From positions 186,001 to 250,000 of the forward strand of contig CT868005.1 in the NCBI GenBank assembly GCA_000165425.1: 64,000 nt of DNA, given 5' to 3'. A program made the translations under genes and the position numbers. This document shows, piece after piece, positions 1 through 14,990 of the stretch. Source of the DNA: Paramecium tetraurelia (Eukaryota). The notes under the pieces are model-generated. The model worked only from the letters and a program-made list of their open reading frames with translations. It had not been told where the DNA came from and did no database searches. Within the stretch, counting starts at the first letter, position 1. Each line of letters begins with the position of its first letter.

Positions 1-14
1 ATTATCTATAAATT

Positions 15-1044
15 ATGGGTGGGAATAACTCATTAGATAAAAGAAATGGTACATTCTTGATGATTAAATTGATCAATCACTTTTTTTAAGTTCCTATGAA
101 ACCTATGTAAATATCTGAGTTGATATTAAATGATACTAAATTAAAGACAGAAATAACAGAGTTAGAAATATATGATATTCATTATAATCCTGAAGAGAAT
201 ACAGTCTCAATTCCAGAGATAGAGAATGAACCTCCAGGACACTTTTTAAATTTACAACCTAGAGTGAAGTCTACAACTTATGTTACTCAAAATTTGTACA
301 TCTTATTGAGATTTTTGCATACCATATATCAGAGATTAGAGATGGCCTACATAATCAGTAAACAGAACACTCTTGGAAAGGATAGGAGATACAATTTATT
401 TAAATCAGCACTGTTCCTTTCTTTGAAGGCCAAAGACTTTAAATATGAAGATCATTTAAGAAGCTTATTTGGAAAACATGTAAATATAGTTATGACTCTA
501 GGGTTTCATATTTTCGACATTAGAAAAGGTGCTTCATGATGCTGCCAAATAGTTGGCAATCTGTGCTTCAGATGCAGTGACAACTAGTTATTTTGAGAAG
601 TCTGCTTCATACAATGGAGACATTGATAAATACTTTTAAGTAGTATCAGGAATAGTCAATGGAGAAGGGATCAAGGTATCTGATCTGGAGGCTGAAGTGT
701 ATTACCAATTTTAGACACTCTAAGAAGAAGAGATGCTGTTAAGATTGCATGAGACACTTCAGAATTGCAAACCAGAGAAGAAACCCATATACAGAGTAAG
801 ATGATTAAGTATTCATTTTTAGATTGCATGTTGGCATAAGGCGTGTTTCATATCGATGTTGCCAGGATATGGAGGTCACAATCAAGAGAAATGTACTTCT
901 TGGAAACAACCCTTTTTGATGAGAAATATGATGAGAGGATAGAGGAGAATGATGATTAGAAATGGCATTGAATGGATGGTAGATGAGATGTGTCATTTCA
1001 AACCTATTATCAATCATGGAGAAGATTACTTAAAGTGTGTATGA
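15..1044 (+). CDS. Protein resembling the Sin3 C-terminal domain, with possible N-myristoylation motif
   Basis: Code-6 translation with tiny introns (about 480-501 and 796-822): MGGNNS..., LYILLRFLHTIYQRL, YEDHLRSLFGKHGFIFSTLEKVL resemble Sin3 C-terminal motifs; TGA at 1042-1044. Confidence 0.6.
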
Positions 1045-1100
1045 TTTCATAGCAACAAATTTATTAATATATCTATTAAATTACAAAACTATCATAATTA

Positions 1101-1952
1101 TCAAGCATCCACCCATAGCATCTCTCCTATCTTACCTATTATGGCTGGCAATGATTGATTTCTCCACTATTTCTATACACTCAACTCCTCCATTATTATG
1201 TATAGATTTTGAATCAACAATCCAAAACTTTATTTCAACACCTTCAAACTCGACGGTTTTTAACTAAACAAATACAAAGTGCTAGTATATTCAATTACAT
1301 GTACTCATTTTATTATTGGATGTAACTCTTACTCCCCTTGAATTTAAATTCATATTTCAATGTCACGCCCTTAATCTTTGCTATCTACTACAACAGTAAG
1401 CCTAAATAGCCCAAAGATGTAGCCAGTTGATCCTCATCTTAACTCGACATATTCAATTGACCATCATTCAGAAACTTGATCTTGTGTAATCCCCACAAGA
1501 GTCTCTAATTTTCCTTGTCAAAGAAAATCGTACATAACTACAATAGAAACAACCGCTTTATTCCTTTAGCCACTGTGCTTCTAATCTATATCGTTTCCCT
1601 TAAGAAATAGAAGGATAACTCACTCTTTTTTTTGACATGACTTAAAATCTTCCTTCAATTTATCATTGAATTTATCAATCCAATCAGCTCTCTCTTTATA
1701 CACTCGCTATTATTCAGCACAATATTGCTAATTCTTTGTGATTTCTTAACTCTCCTTATCCATCTGTTTCTATATTTCCTTCTTCTTAATCTCAAATTCA
1801 GTGCTCAAACACTTAACATTATAAGCATCGCTTTGTTTCTTCGACCCTTATTCCATATAGCTCAACAACTAATTCAACTCCTCCTCTAAAGCAATCCTTT
1901 GATTCCTCAAGCTCTCCTTCCTCTCTTTTAATGATTATAATTCTTATAACAT
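1101..1952 (-). CDS. Hypothetical coiled-coil protein
   Basis: Starts MLQELQSLKERKESLRNQRIALEEELNQLL and ends ...IGKIGEMLWVDA*; the middle was not fully traced. Confidence 0.7.
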
Positions 1953-2150
1953 TAATAATTATAATCTCTAATACAGATAAATCAATCTAACTCTCTCTCA
2001 TAATAAATATTTTTTAAATCAAATCATTAAATGTACCATGACTACACCTTAGAATCTATACAGAGTCTCACTATTTTTAATCTTTCTTTCTAAATTAAGT
2101 CATTTACAATACTATAAATCAATATCAATAAAAATTAAAACTAAAAACTG

Positions 2151-3878
2151 ATGCTTGATTATATCAAGGAAAAGAATAATATCATCATTACAAAATAAAA
2201 ATCGGGGAATTCGCTCTACTAAAGCAGCGAGTCTAGTCCAATCAATCTCTTAGGGAATCACAAAAAATAAAGATTCCCAACCATCTCGAATGCATAATTA
2301 AAATCTGCCATTGAGTAAAATTATTTGGAACCTGGTCAGAAACATACTATCATTAGAAATCCTAATTAGTTAACTGTATTCCAAATGCAATTTGATATGA
2401 ACTCACCTAGGACTCAAGCGGCTATGGAAATGCTTAAAATACACGAGGATGATCTTAATGTGTAGGAGTATGCCAACTTTTATTAAAAGAAATTGAGTCA
2501 ACTCTAGAACCTTGTCCAATATTTACAATATGTATCTAATAAATATCAAACATTAAATGACCTTTTAAAGCGAAGAAATCAAATCAAACATATTCAATCT
2601 GAAGTTACTAAACGTTTAAACTCTAAAGATATCAAGATTAAAGATTAGTCTCTAATTGCTGAGTAACCTGAACCCAAGAATACTTAAAGGGAAGATTCAT
2701 AGATCTCTGTTATTTTAAATGCAGATCAAAAAAAGGAATTATTCGAAAAAAAGATAAATAAAGAATCTGAAAATTACAACAAGTACAGTGTTCATCTATA
2801 TTTCATAGATTTCTAAATATTGTTTAGGATTAGGTTAATAAATAGGAGGAATACTACAGTAAGACAGCCCCAGAAATCTATGAAAAAGCTGAGCAACTCA
2901 AATAAAAGAAATTAGATTAAATTAAAAAGAAATTGAAAAGAAAGAATCAAAAAGTAGATTAGATATGTCAAAAAATTAAACAAGAGGAGTAACTATAATA
3001 TAGAAAGCATAAGAAGATTGTTTAAGAATTAGAAAAAGATCTGGATTAACATTTTGAGAGAAAACAGAAATTACTCTTATAATCATAGGAGGAACTGGTT
3101 GATCAATTAAAAAAGAAAGAGGAAAAAGAGAGAGAAAGATAATTGAAGAGACAAATCTAAATAAGTTTGGAGCAAAGTATGATTAACTAAGTGATGGAGT
3201 CCATGAAAAAGAAGTCTGACTATTTGAATGATTATTTGAATAGAAAATAATTAGAGGATAGAAAGAAATAATAGCAAAGTTTGAAGATGTTCGAGGAAAA
3301 ATAAAAAAAATTATAAGAATCTTCTGCACAAAAGGAAAATGAATATGTCAAAATGTATTTTAGTAAATCAACATAACGATAAGTAATATTAAGTGTATAT
3401 TAATTAGATTTAACTTAATAAACATGAAATTTCATAAATAAAACAATAAAAAAGCCTATCCATGAAAAATAGTAGGATTATGTAAAAGTACGAACAATAC
3501 TAAGAGTCCCTCGATTAGAAAAGATCTGATTCCCTTATTTCGAAACTTCAAGAAGCTGATGATAAACTCGAAAATGGCTTGAAGAGGTAATCATGATATA
3601 GTATTATTATCTATAGACATTAGTCATTATTGGATTTACGAAAATAGAATCTATGTGAGAAAAATGAACATCGTTTTAAATTGGCTAAAGAAAAATAAAT
3701 GGAAAATATGTTGGAAAAGATTCATAAATAAAACAAAATTTTAGAAAAAAATCTCGAGATTTCGCAAAAAAATGAAAAAAATAAATAAGAATTAGAATTT
3801 TTGGAGAAATACAAAAAAGAAATAATGTTAGATAAATTAATATAAAGAAACCAAAAAATATAGAAATTATAATCTTGA
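2151..3878 (+). CDS. Hypothetical K/E/Q-rich coiled-coil protein
   Basis: ATG 2151 (MLDYIKEK...), long purine-rich frame with several tiny GT-AG introns, TGA at 3876-3878. Confidence 0.7.
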
Positions 3879-3985
3879 ATTATTTAATGTTTTTTGGTTT
3901 ATAATAATTTGGTTATAAAATGTTCTATTATAATTTGAATTTAATTAGTGCTTCTCAACCTATATGTTATAAATTATCTAGTTTT

Positions 3986-4726
3986 ATGAACGAATCAATT
4001 AGAAGCACACTAAAAAAGGTATTAGAAATGTAACTTGATTGCACGTAAATACTAACAACAATTCTATTTAAAAATAATGATACGAATAAAGATGTAGAAA
4101 TTCGTACAACCAAATAATTACTTGAAGAACAGAGGAATTAGATTGACGCAGGTGATCAAAAACGCAAGAAAACACTTCTCAATAATGAAAAATCATTAGA
4201 TATGACCAAACAAAAAAACTCAGATTAACCATTAATTTAAGATACTAATGTTCAACTCAGTTTTTCTCCTGAAGAATGCTATTCTAAATTGAATAATATG
4301 ATATCAGAATTTAGGGAGAGAAACTCGCTAGCTACGAAAATTCTCAATTTTGATTTTGAGTACATAAAGGAATACCATAGTAGAAACAAATTCAAGGAGT
4401 TAAGAAGTAAGGTCAAGCTCGTGATAAACAGAATTCAAAATAAGAGGACTATGATCTCTATTGTGAATGGCAAGAGGATATATTAATGTCCTTCATGCAA
4501 TTTTTAGGGGTTTTCTAGTGTGTATTATCCTCATATTTTGAAGAAGCATTGTTAAAATTATTATATCTTCTGTTGTTTCTTATGTTAGCAAGATTTCTCA
4601 TCCTTTACTGTATTAAAAAAGCATCTTAAAAAATATCATATGGAAGCATTGAACACGAGTTCAGATATAGAAATAATAAGGGTGCAATAGGATGAGAATG
4701 AAAATGATTTAAGTATTAGCATTTGA
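3986..4726 (+). CDS. C2H2-type zinc-finger protein
   Basis: Code-6 ORF containing YQCPSCNF...HILKKH and FCCFLCQQDFSSFTVLKKHLKKYH. Confidence 0.75.
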
Positions 4727-4825
4727 ATGTTTTGATTTCTATATTACAATCGAGGGTACCTTTTAAAATTCTATGAGCTCATATCATCTATATACATATT
4801 ATAATTTAATTAAAACTTAATTATT

Positions 4826-6765
<1,940 letters not shown>

Positions 6766-6832
6766 ATTGGGAAACATAGAATAATTATTTAAATTTGTAA
6801 TTTATAAGATTATATTGTTAACTACTACTTTT

Positions 6833-7702
6833 TCATATAATTTTATCAAACTCATGAACATATCTTAAGGAATTTTAGATCAAAAATTCTGAATTCAAGG
6901 GATTCTCTAAATTTTGAGCCTAATTTTAATTAATTTGGAATTCCTTACATTGTCAAAATAAACGTGATGATTGTCAAATTTCCATTTGAAATGTTATTTC
7001 TAAGCAAATTGCTACAATTCTTAAATGCTTTTAACATTGAATAATTTGATGGCATTTTCAATGGTTAAACTCTTGTATGATGCATTGGCACTTAAGGCGG
7101 TTTGTAATCTAAATTCACAAATTCAAATTACCTAATAGTGTCCATAATTCTTTCTAAGAATACAGTCTCAATTCCTGTTGGATGATAATCACCTAAAAGA
7201 TCAGAATAACTTCCTATGCTCAATTTGTATTCCAATTAAAGCACAAAATGAACAAATGGGTTTGAAAATGTATCCTTTGGTAATAATTCAATTTGGGAAT
7301 AATATTAGGCAAATCTATTAAATCATTTACAAAATATGGATACTTATTAAAGGACAACAGGTAAATCAAGTATATACCAGTATAGTGAGCTTTATCTCTG
7401 CTTTCTAGGCCTTAATTATAAAATTTCATCAATCTTTCTATTGCTAATTCAAAATTTTCAATTTGTTTTGAAATCAATAAATAGGTGACTTCCAACTCAC
7501 AGAAATGTACTAATGATATATACAAATAATTTACAGGCGTGCTTTTCTGTAGCCTATCTATTTGCAGCCAATTCATTAAAAATTTCAAGCTAGACATTAG
7601 ACTATATTTGAATACTTTCAAATGCTTTAAATTTTAAGGAATCTGAGGATTGTTAGGGTCAACCTAGATGCTGGAGGATAACAATTGCAATTTTTGCTCC
7701 AT
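6833..7702 (-). CDS. RPN12: Divergent 26S proteasome lid subunit RPN12/PSMD8-like (PCI domain)
   Basis: 870-nt span with segments FCELEVTYLLISKQIENFELAIERLMKFY, LGIYLIYLLSFN, LEYKLSIGSY, ERIMDTIRQ and C-terminus LIQNSLRYVHEFDKII that parallel RPN12 motifs in order. Confidence 0.65.
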
Positions 7703-8698
7703 ATTTTGAAAAAATAATTAATTAATGTAATACTGGTGTTGCATATATTAAAATAGATGTATATATAAAGAAATGAACTTAATGAAATAAAATAATTAAT
7801 ATGAAATCATTGAAAATTGAATATCATTTTGCTTCTCATACTATAGTCACTAATAGCAATTATTTTGAAGTTAAACAACAATCAATTTATGCCAATTTCA
7901 TATGATCCTGTACTAGGTAATTATGATTTATTCAATTTTAATGGCTGCACAATTTGAAAATTTAATTAATATTATCTTATTCAACTGATTATTGGCCTCA
8001 GTAAATTAAGTCTAAATTTAAGATATATGATTGATTTATTTTAATTTGATTAATCTCAGATATTATATCTTTTCTTTATCGCTGTTAATTTTGAATTGCA
8101 TATGAAAAGTAGTTAGACTGACAGATATCATTCTATATTTCAAGAATCTTAATACAAATGCGCACTCTTCAGAGGATTTGAGAGATTCTATTAAATGTTA
8201 AGGAAAAACTATGTTCTGTAAATGTAGATCTACCTAAAAACAGATTGATATTAAAGTAGATGTTAACTCAAAGTACTATGGTCTGTAAGAGTTTAATTAA
8301 TTAATCAAAGTTCACTTTTTGAATTATCAGAGAAACAAGTATAAATTTAATACTTCAATTAAATGATTAGATTAGTCCTATTGGAACAATAGCCTAAATA
8401 TCTTTAATAATTCAAAAGTAAATAAAATACTTTTTAATTATTGAAACAAATAAATATCTAATCCTTCAACCACTCCAAGCAATCAGAAGTGGATAATTTC
8501 TTTAAATATATCACATATCAATTATAGCCTATAAATACATTTCAGAAGCAAAGATGATCAAAAAAGACATATTTCTCTTTTATCCTTATAGCTATATAAT
8601 CCACTAGAACAACGGCAGAATCATTTTATTAATAATATTTGATTATATACTAAGTTTGTTTTATTATTTAGATTATATTAAATTGCCCTCATTTATAT

Positions 8699-9838
8699 AT
8701 GTCGTCTATGTAGTTTAGGATGAAGAACTCCAGACCCATAACCACAAATGGTACAAGAATGATGGAGAGTAGCGCCAATATGGGAAGTAAATTAATGTAT
8801 AATTATGACCATCCAATAAGTAAATAACTTACAAGTCCTAAATTCTCATGTGAATATGAAGTTACTCAAGAAGAAATTAGACAACTTAAATTATAACTAA
8901 ATGCATCAAAAAAAGAGTCATCCTAAGCTAAATCTCGAATCTTATATTTAGAAGTATCAAAAATATTCATATTAGAAAGAATTACAAAGATATGAAAACT
9001 TAGTTGAAGAACATAGTAAAACTGCCAATAATAATGACACAACCAAGTTAGTGATTGAAAAAGCTGCAATTGTTCAAAAATTAAGAGCGAAACATAAACA
9101 ACTGGTCCAAGAATTGCTTGAAAAAACTAAAGAAATAGCTTAATTAAAGAAAAGCACTAAATACACCACAGTCCAAGAATTAGAAGTATCTACATCTTAC
9201 ACTTTAGATTGAAGTTCAAAACTATGGGGAAGAGAATTAAAGACTAAGGGAAAAACTAGAATATTACCAATCTATAGTAGATCTTCGTAGTAGCAAGGAA
9301 CCTTTGGAAAAGAAAATTATCCAATATGAAAAAACCTACAAGATCATTCACAAAGATAATTAGGAATTACTTAATTAAATCAAGTAATTAGAAAATTAAA
9401 ATAAGCAACAGAAGGTATTATATCATCCAACTATTTTTTTCAGTAAAAAATAGAGCAATTAAATAAAGAGATCTCATCTCAACAAACTGAAATATATAAA
9501 TATCAAGAATCCATCAATGAGTTGTAATCATACAACGAACGTATTCAAGCAATGTTGGAAGAAGAAAAACAAAATGAATAGCAACCAAGTGAAGAGTTAC
9601 GGTAAGAATGTTTTTAATAAATTGAAACCTTGAAAAGTAAACATACTGAAGAGCTAGAGTAATAATTCCATTTTAAATTAGTGAAAAAAATAAGGAAATC
9701 AGAGACTTAAATGCTGAGATATATAAATAGACATTGCACATCCAAGAACTTGAAAAACTACTTGAATAGTATGAAGAATCAATTAAAGAAAAGCAATCCT
9801 CTAATTAATCCCCTATGCAAATTTAAAAAAGCTTTTGA
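8699..9838 (+). CDS. Hypothetical coiled-coil protein
   Basis: MSSMQFRMKNSRP..., heptad-rich ELRQLKLQLNASKKESSQAKSRISYLE, several tiny introns, TGA at 9836-9838. Confidence 0.75.
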
Positions 9839-11131
9839 TTAGATATATGAAATTTAATCCACTTATTTCATTTATTTATTAATATTCATCATTGTTGAAA
9901 TTTTTGATATCTGAGAATTATGTCAAAGAGAATTGCATTATTCAAATATTTTATATATCTCCTTTAAATTAAAATAAACATGATTATTCATTTTTATGTT
10001 ATAAGAAATTTAAAGGAGATATTTCATCATAACCAACTTAAAGAAAAAATATCGTAGATTTTTGGAAACTGCTTTCAACTTAGATATCAAGTTCTTAACG
10101 TTATAAATCATAATAATTTTATGGCTGATCAAAAATTATTTAATATTAGATTGTATCAGGGGAAGGTAAGACTCATATAAATGGATTAAGAATAAATTAG
10201 TTCATTATGTAAGGTTGGGTTCCTAATTTTAAAGAATGTATAAAACGATTACTATAAGGACATTATAACAAGAAATCTAATTCTATAAGAAGAACAGCAT
10301 AAAATATTGAGTATGCAAAATATAAATTCAATGTAAATATAGTTGAGTAGATGAAAATTATTTGGTTATTTCTGATTATAGCATTTCTATTAGTATAAAT
10401 AAAAGTTAAAAGAGGAAAATAGAAATGGCATGTTTGTTGAATAGTTTTATTTAGTTTTTGGAATTCTTTTGATTTGTAAGTGAAGATAGAATAACATTTA
10501 AAAGCGACTTTACATATAATATTTCAGAATTATTAACATACAAATAGAGTTGTTATCTACAATGTTACTAATATTTAGTTCTTATCATTGTTAGAGGAAA
10601 TAATAACACTAGACCTAATAAATATGCGAGATGTAAATTCTCTTATATTAACTTCGGATCTAATAACTGTACAACTAGAGTCTCCTAAAAATGATGAGTA
10701 ATTATGCACAAAGCGCTTTCCATTTGAAAAACCTTAAGTTATTACGAAAAATAATATTTTGAACTTTTTTATAATAAGTTATTACATCATTAAATTTTAT
10801 TAATAAATAAGTTAACTATGAGAACGTAAATAAAATATCCTTAATTCTTAGACACTAGGAGAATCAGTTAATTTCCACAGTGCAAATGTAAGTCTAAAGA
10901 ATTAGGAAAAAATATCCTATCTAAATACATTTAGAATCTTTTGTTTAAGAAGTTCAACAAATATTTTAACTTGAAAATCAAGAAATCATACAAAAACAAA
11001 TACTTAACATACTTCATTAAAATAAAATTCTAAGATCGTCTGTTTAAATTAATTAATTTAGAATATAAGAAAAATAAATCATTTTAAAAGCTCACACAAT
11101 TTATGTGAAAATAAATTAAAATGGTAGATTC

Positions 11132-12150
11132 ATGTATCAAAACAATGAGTTAAATATAGTTTTCTAAATTTTAAATAACTTTTGCATATATCATGGTTAA
11201 GTCTTGAACAAAAAACCAAATGGTGAAGGGTGCTTCAAGTGGATTAATGGTGAATAATATATTGGTCAATGGTTAAATGCATAGAAACACGGGATTGGCT
11301 AATGGATTGGACTAGAAGGAGATACATATATAGGATAATGGGTCAATGGTTAATAGGATGGTTTGGGAGAACATAAATGGAATGGAAATGTCTATTTTGG
11401 TTAATGGACTAATTCAGCCAAGAATGGATATGGGATTGAGTAATTCTTAAACGGTGATAAGTACATAGGAAATTATTTTTATGGTAAGCCTCAAGGCAAT
11501 GGGGAATATAGGTGGTTGGATGGTTCAATATATTAAGGGTAATTTTTAGAGGGGAAAAGACATGGACATGGAATGTGGAGTAACAAACTTGGATCATCTT
11601 ATGAAGTAAAATTAATATTTTAAATCAGGGAGATTATGAAAATGATTTAAAAAATGGGAAGGGTAAATTGATTTATCAAGATGGAAGTTATTATTTTGGT
11701 TAATTTGTAAATGATATGAGAGAGGGTTAAGGAACGTATCATTAAAGCAATGGAGTGATAATTGATGGATTATGGAAAGAGAATAGATTCATTGGGAGTA
11801 ATAATAATGATTCGAATCGGTAAAGGAAGGATTAATCGTAAGCAGAATAAAATCAGCGGAATCTGATTTTCGCTCTAAACAATTGGCAAAATCAGAAATT
11901 TAATCTGCAATTGAAATAAGAATCGAAATTAAATTAAAGCAATAGGGCAAACTCAACAAATTAATAAAGAGCATCTAGAATGTCAAGATGTTAGAGGAAT
12001 CCCAAATCGAAATCTGATGATTTGTAAGGCATTTCAATAGATGAGGCAGAGAGAACAATAAAGAAGAAGAAAAACTATAGGTCTTAGTAATCAAATTATT
12101 TATTGATTAATAACAACAAAAAATCGATAAAAAATGTATTTGAATTTTGA
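11132..12150 (+). CDS. MORN-repeat protein
   Basis: Repeated YxGxWxNGxxHGxG units (YIGQWLNAQKHGIG, YIGQWVNGQQDGLG, YIGNYFYGKPQGNG); one intron at about 11606-11628. Confidence 0.9.
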
Positions 12151-12219
12151 TGAATATATAATTCGACAACTTATATTTAGGATAGGCTAAATTTATTTAA
12201 TAACATTATTATTATTCTT

Positions 12220-13634
12220 TCATTTTTTCAAACCAGGTGAATTTGAGGTTTAACTAGAGAATTTAGCGATATATTATTTACTTCATTAGTTTTGCTTTAT
12301 TCAATGTTTAAGCCTAATCTTAATCACCTTTTTCTGCCTTGCTCTTATCGGCTAAATTATAAGAATTAAGGATTTACCCTCACTCATCGGTCCTAATTAC
12401 AGATCCTTCAATCTCTTTTCTATGTTGACTTCGGCTGCAATTTACTTAACTTGATTCCATATTTGAGAGTCCTTTCCTAAACTGATTAACCAATTTTGTT
12501 TTTGCTATATGAATCAAAACGAATATGTTACTAGTAAGAAGATTTGTTATGGTCCCAAAATACTTCCTGGTCTACAAATACGGATCCAACCTATAAAATC
12601 TGGAGCAGGGAATCTATTCGATATTAGAGATGGCATTACCTATAATGTTTGATCACATATGCTGCAATCAATGTTCCTGTTCTACCCAATCCTGCTTTAC
12701 AATGTACAGCCACCACATTCTCTTTTTCAGCTATCTCAAGGAATCTCAAAATCTTATCATCTCCTGGGACTGATCCATCTAGAAAGTAGATTTCTTCATG
12801 TTTTATGCCATTTTTTATAAATCTTTACTCCTCATAAGCCTTCTTATTCAATCTGACAACACAAGTCACTCCAAATTACTTGAAGATGGGCACATATTCT
12901 TCAGGAGTGAATGTACGATTCTAATTAGAGATAGGTCACTTACTCCATCAGCGTCTTTCTATGTTGCAGATGGCCCTGAGAAGGCTATGAATTTATTGGG
13001 AACAATCCAATTTAAATCTCCATTCTCGACTCTTTCATAAAATTCATAATCTCTAAGATTGAATTTCCTAACATCGAACCATTTCAATTTAATTGCATAT
13101 TCCAAGCCTCTCAAACAATGTAAAATCTATATGGATACACAGATTAATATACCGTGCATTTATAAGTACATTATCCGTAACTTGCATCTCTGAAATCTTG
13201 AAAAGCGGGCTTTACGGATTGGAATGGTTTCCATGCATCGTCTGCACTCAATTTCAAGATGATCACTTGAAAGGCACCCATCAAATAGGCAGCATTGGCT
13301 CTTTTAGCACTATCCAAACTTGTATAGTGATAGATGGCATATTGTTGATATGTCCTATCACTAAGCAATTTCTCCAATTCAGTCACGAATCTGTAAGTGT
13401 GGCCTAAATTCAATGGACCGAAATCTGCAAAAAAGGGCTCGTACACAAGATCCTTAAAACAGATTAGACTCCATCTCATACCTGATCAATGCAAAAATAG
13501 AATGCATTTGGCTGATTTCTTGGGGCTTGGCGATCAGAAATCCAATAGAGTTTGTCTCAGAATACAAAAGAGATATTACCTTTAATGATCTCAACCGATC
13601 CTGGAATCGGAGCTTGATTTTGATTAGGCTACAT
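12220..13634 (-). CDS. CDC14: Dual-specificity phosphatase CDC14
   Basis: [43 protein letters not shown], catalytic [26 protein letters not shown]. Confidence 0.96.
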
Positions 13635-13649
13635 AAATATAATATAATC

Positions 13650-14150
13650 TCAATATTGTTATGATTAATTTAATTATAAACTCATCTTTTAAATACACTC
13701 CATCCTTATCTCATTCACGATCAAATACACCTCATTATCCATATCCAAACTAAGCTCGTCAAACATCAACAAATACTATCAGCTATTCTAAATATACTAT
13801 TTAAATAAAAACCTATGAACTTCTTTAATAGAAAAAAACCTTGCAAGGAGCCCAATTATTCCTGAAATGCATCACCTCGAATAAAAGATTCTTCAAATAT
13901 TTTGAATTGCTATTAGTTTACTCTTTAAATCACCATAATTTCTATAAACACCCTAGATAAAGTTATAATTTCTAATATAGAACTTTATTGCATTATTCAA
14001 ATCTCTATTAATCTAAGTCTTGCTCTCCTCGAAAGCTTCATCATTCTGAATAGCCTATTCCAAGAAGGCTTTTAGCACTTCATAGCAATTATCAAGCAGT
14101 TCACAGACAATTTATCTGAAAGAATGAGTTTCAAAGATCATTTTCATCAT
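13650..14150 (-). pseudogene. Frameshifted Swt1-like HEPN domain gene
   Basis: Reconstructed across three single-base frameshifts and a 25-nt intron: ...LKNLLFEVMHFRNNWAP...FSIKEVHRIADSI.LMFDEL...; resembles the RNxWAH-type HEPN motif with H replaced by P. Confidence 0.6.
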
Positions 14151-14990
14151 TTTTAGAACAATTCTTCATTATAAAATAATAGAAATAAAAGATTGACTTT
14201 ATATGAAAATGCATATTTTAATCAAATTTATTTCAAACACCATATAATAATAGAATTATAAATTAGCTCAAAAATTAATTATTATATCTAAATTCCCTTA
14301 AAAATGATATTTATATTAAATTTAGGTATTTTTAGAACTGATTACATATCAACTAAACTTTTTTTAATTAGAGTTTACATAAGTTTCATCAATTCATTTT
14401 AAATGATGTCTTGATTCTATATGAATAATCATTTTTAATTCACTTTTTATTAAACAACTAATTTACTATTAAGCATAAATTTAAGTTCTAGTAACTAAGA
14501 TTCTCTTTCTCCTACATACTTTCCAAGTTGTATTCAATATATAGAGTCGATTAAAATTTGAATAATAATAGTTTTTCTCTTAAACAAAAATTTAAATATA
14601 AAATATGATATATAATTCACATAACTAATTCCGAACTTACTTAAATGAAGATATAAGGAAATATTATTTTACAACAGCCCCTTGAAGTATCTTAATCTTA
14701 ACACAATATTAATCATCTTATATTAAATGATTACATCTCAAATCTTTTACATCTGTATAAAATTAGCATTAATTAAACTTACATTTAAAACACTGTTTAT
14801 AACATCATCAATTAAATTAGGTCTATATAAATATATAACTTTATCAAATATAAAGAAAATTTAGAATTACTTGGAAATAATTATTTATATTATATAAGTC
14901 TTAAGAATATGAATCAATGAATTTTACGAAACGATATAATTTGTGTATATTAACTAGATTAAATGTAATTAATTTTTCTCTGTAAATAAA

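Noticed and set aside
49..90. 42-nt GT..AG segment near the start of the first gene, as an intron
   Set aside because: It is longer than the other introns here, a multiple of three and free of TGA, so it may simply be coding; undecidable without RNA data.
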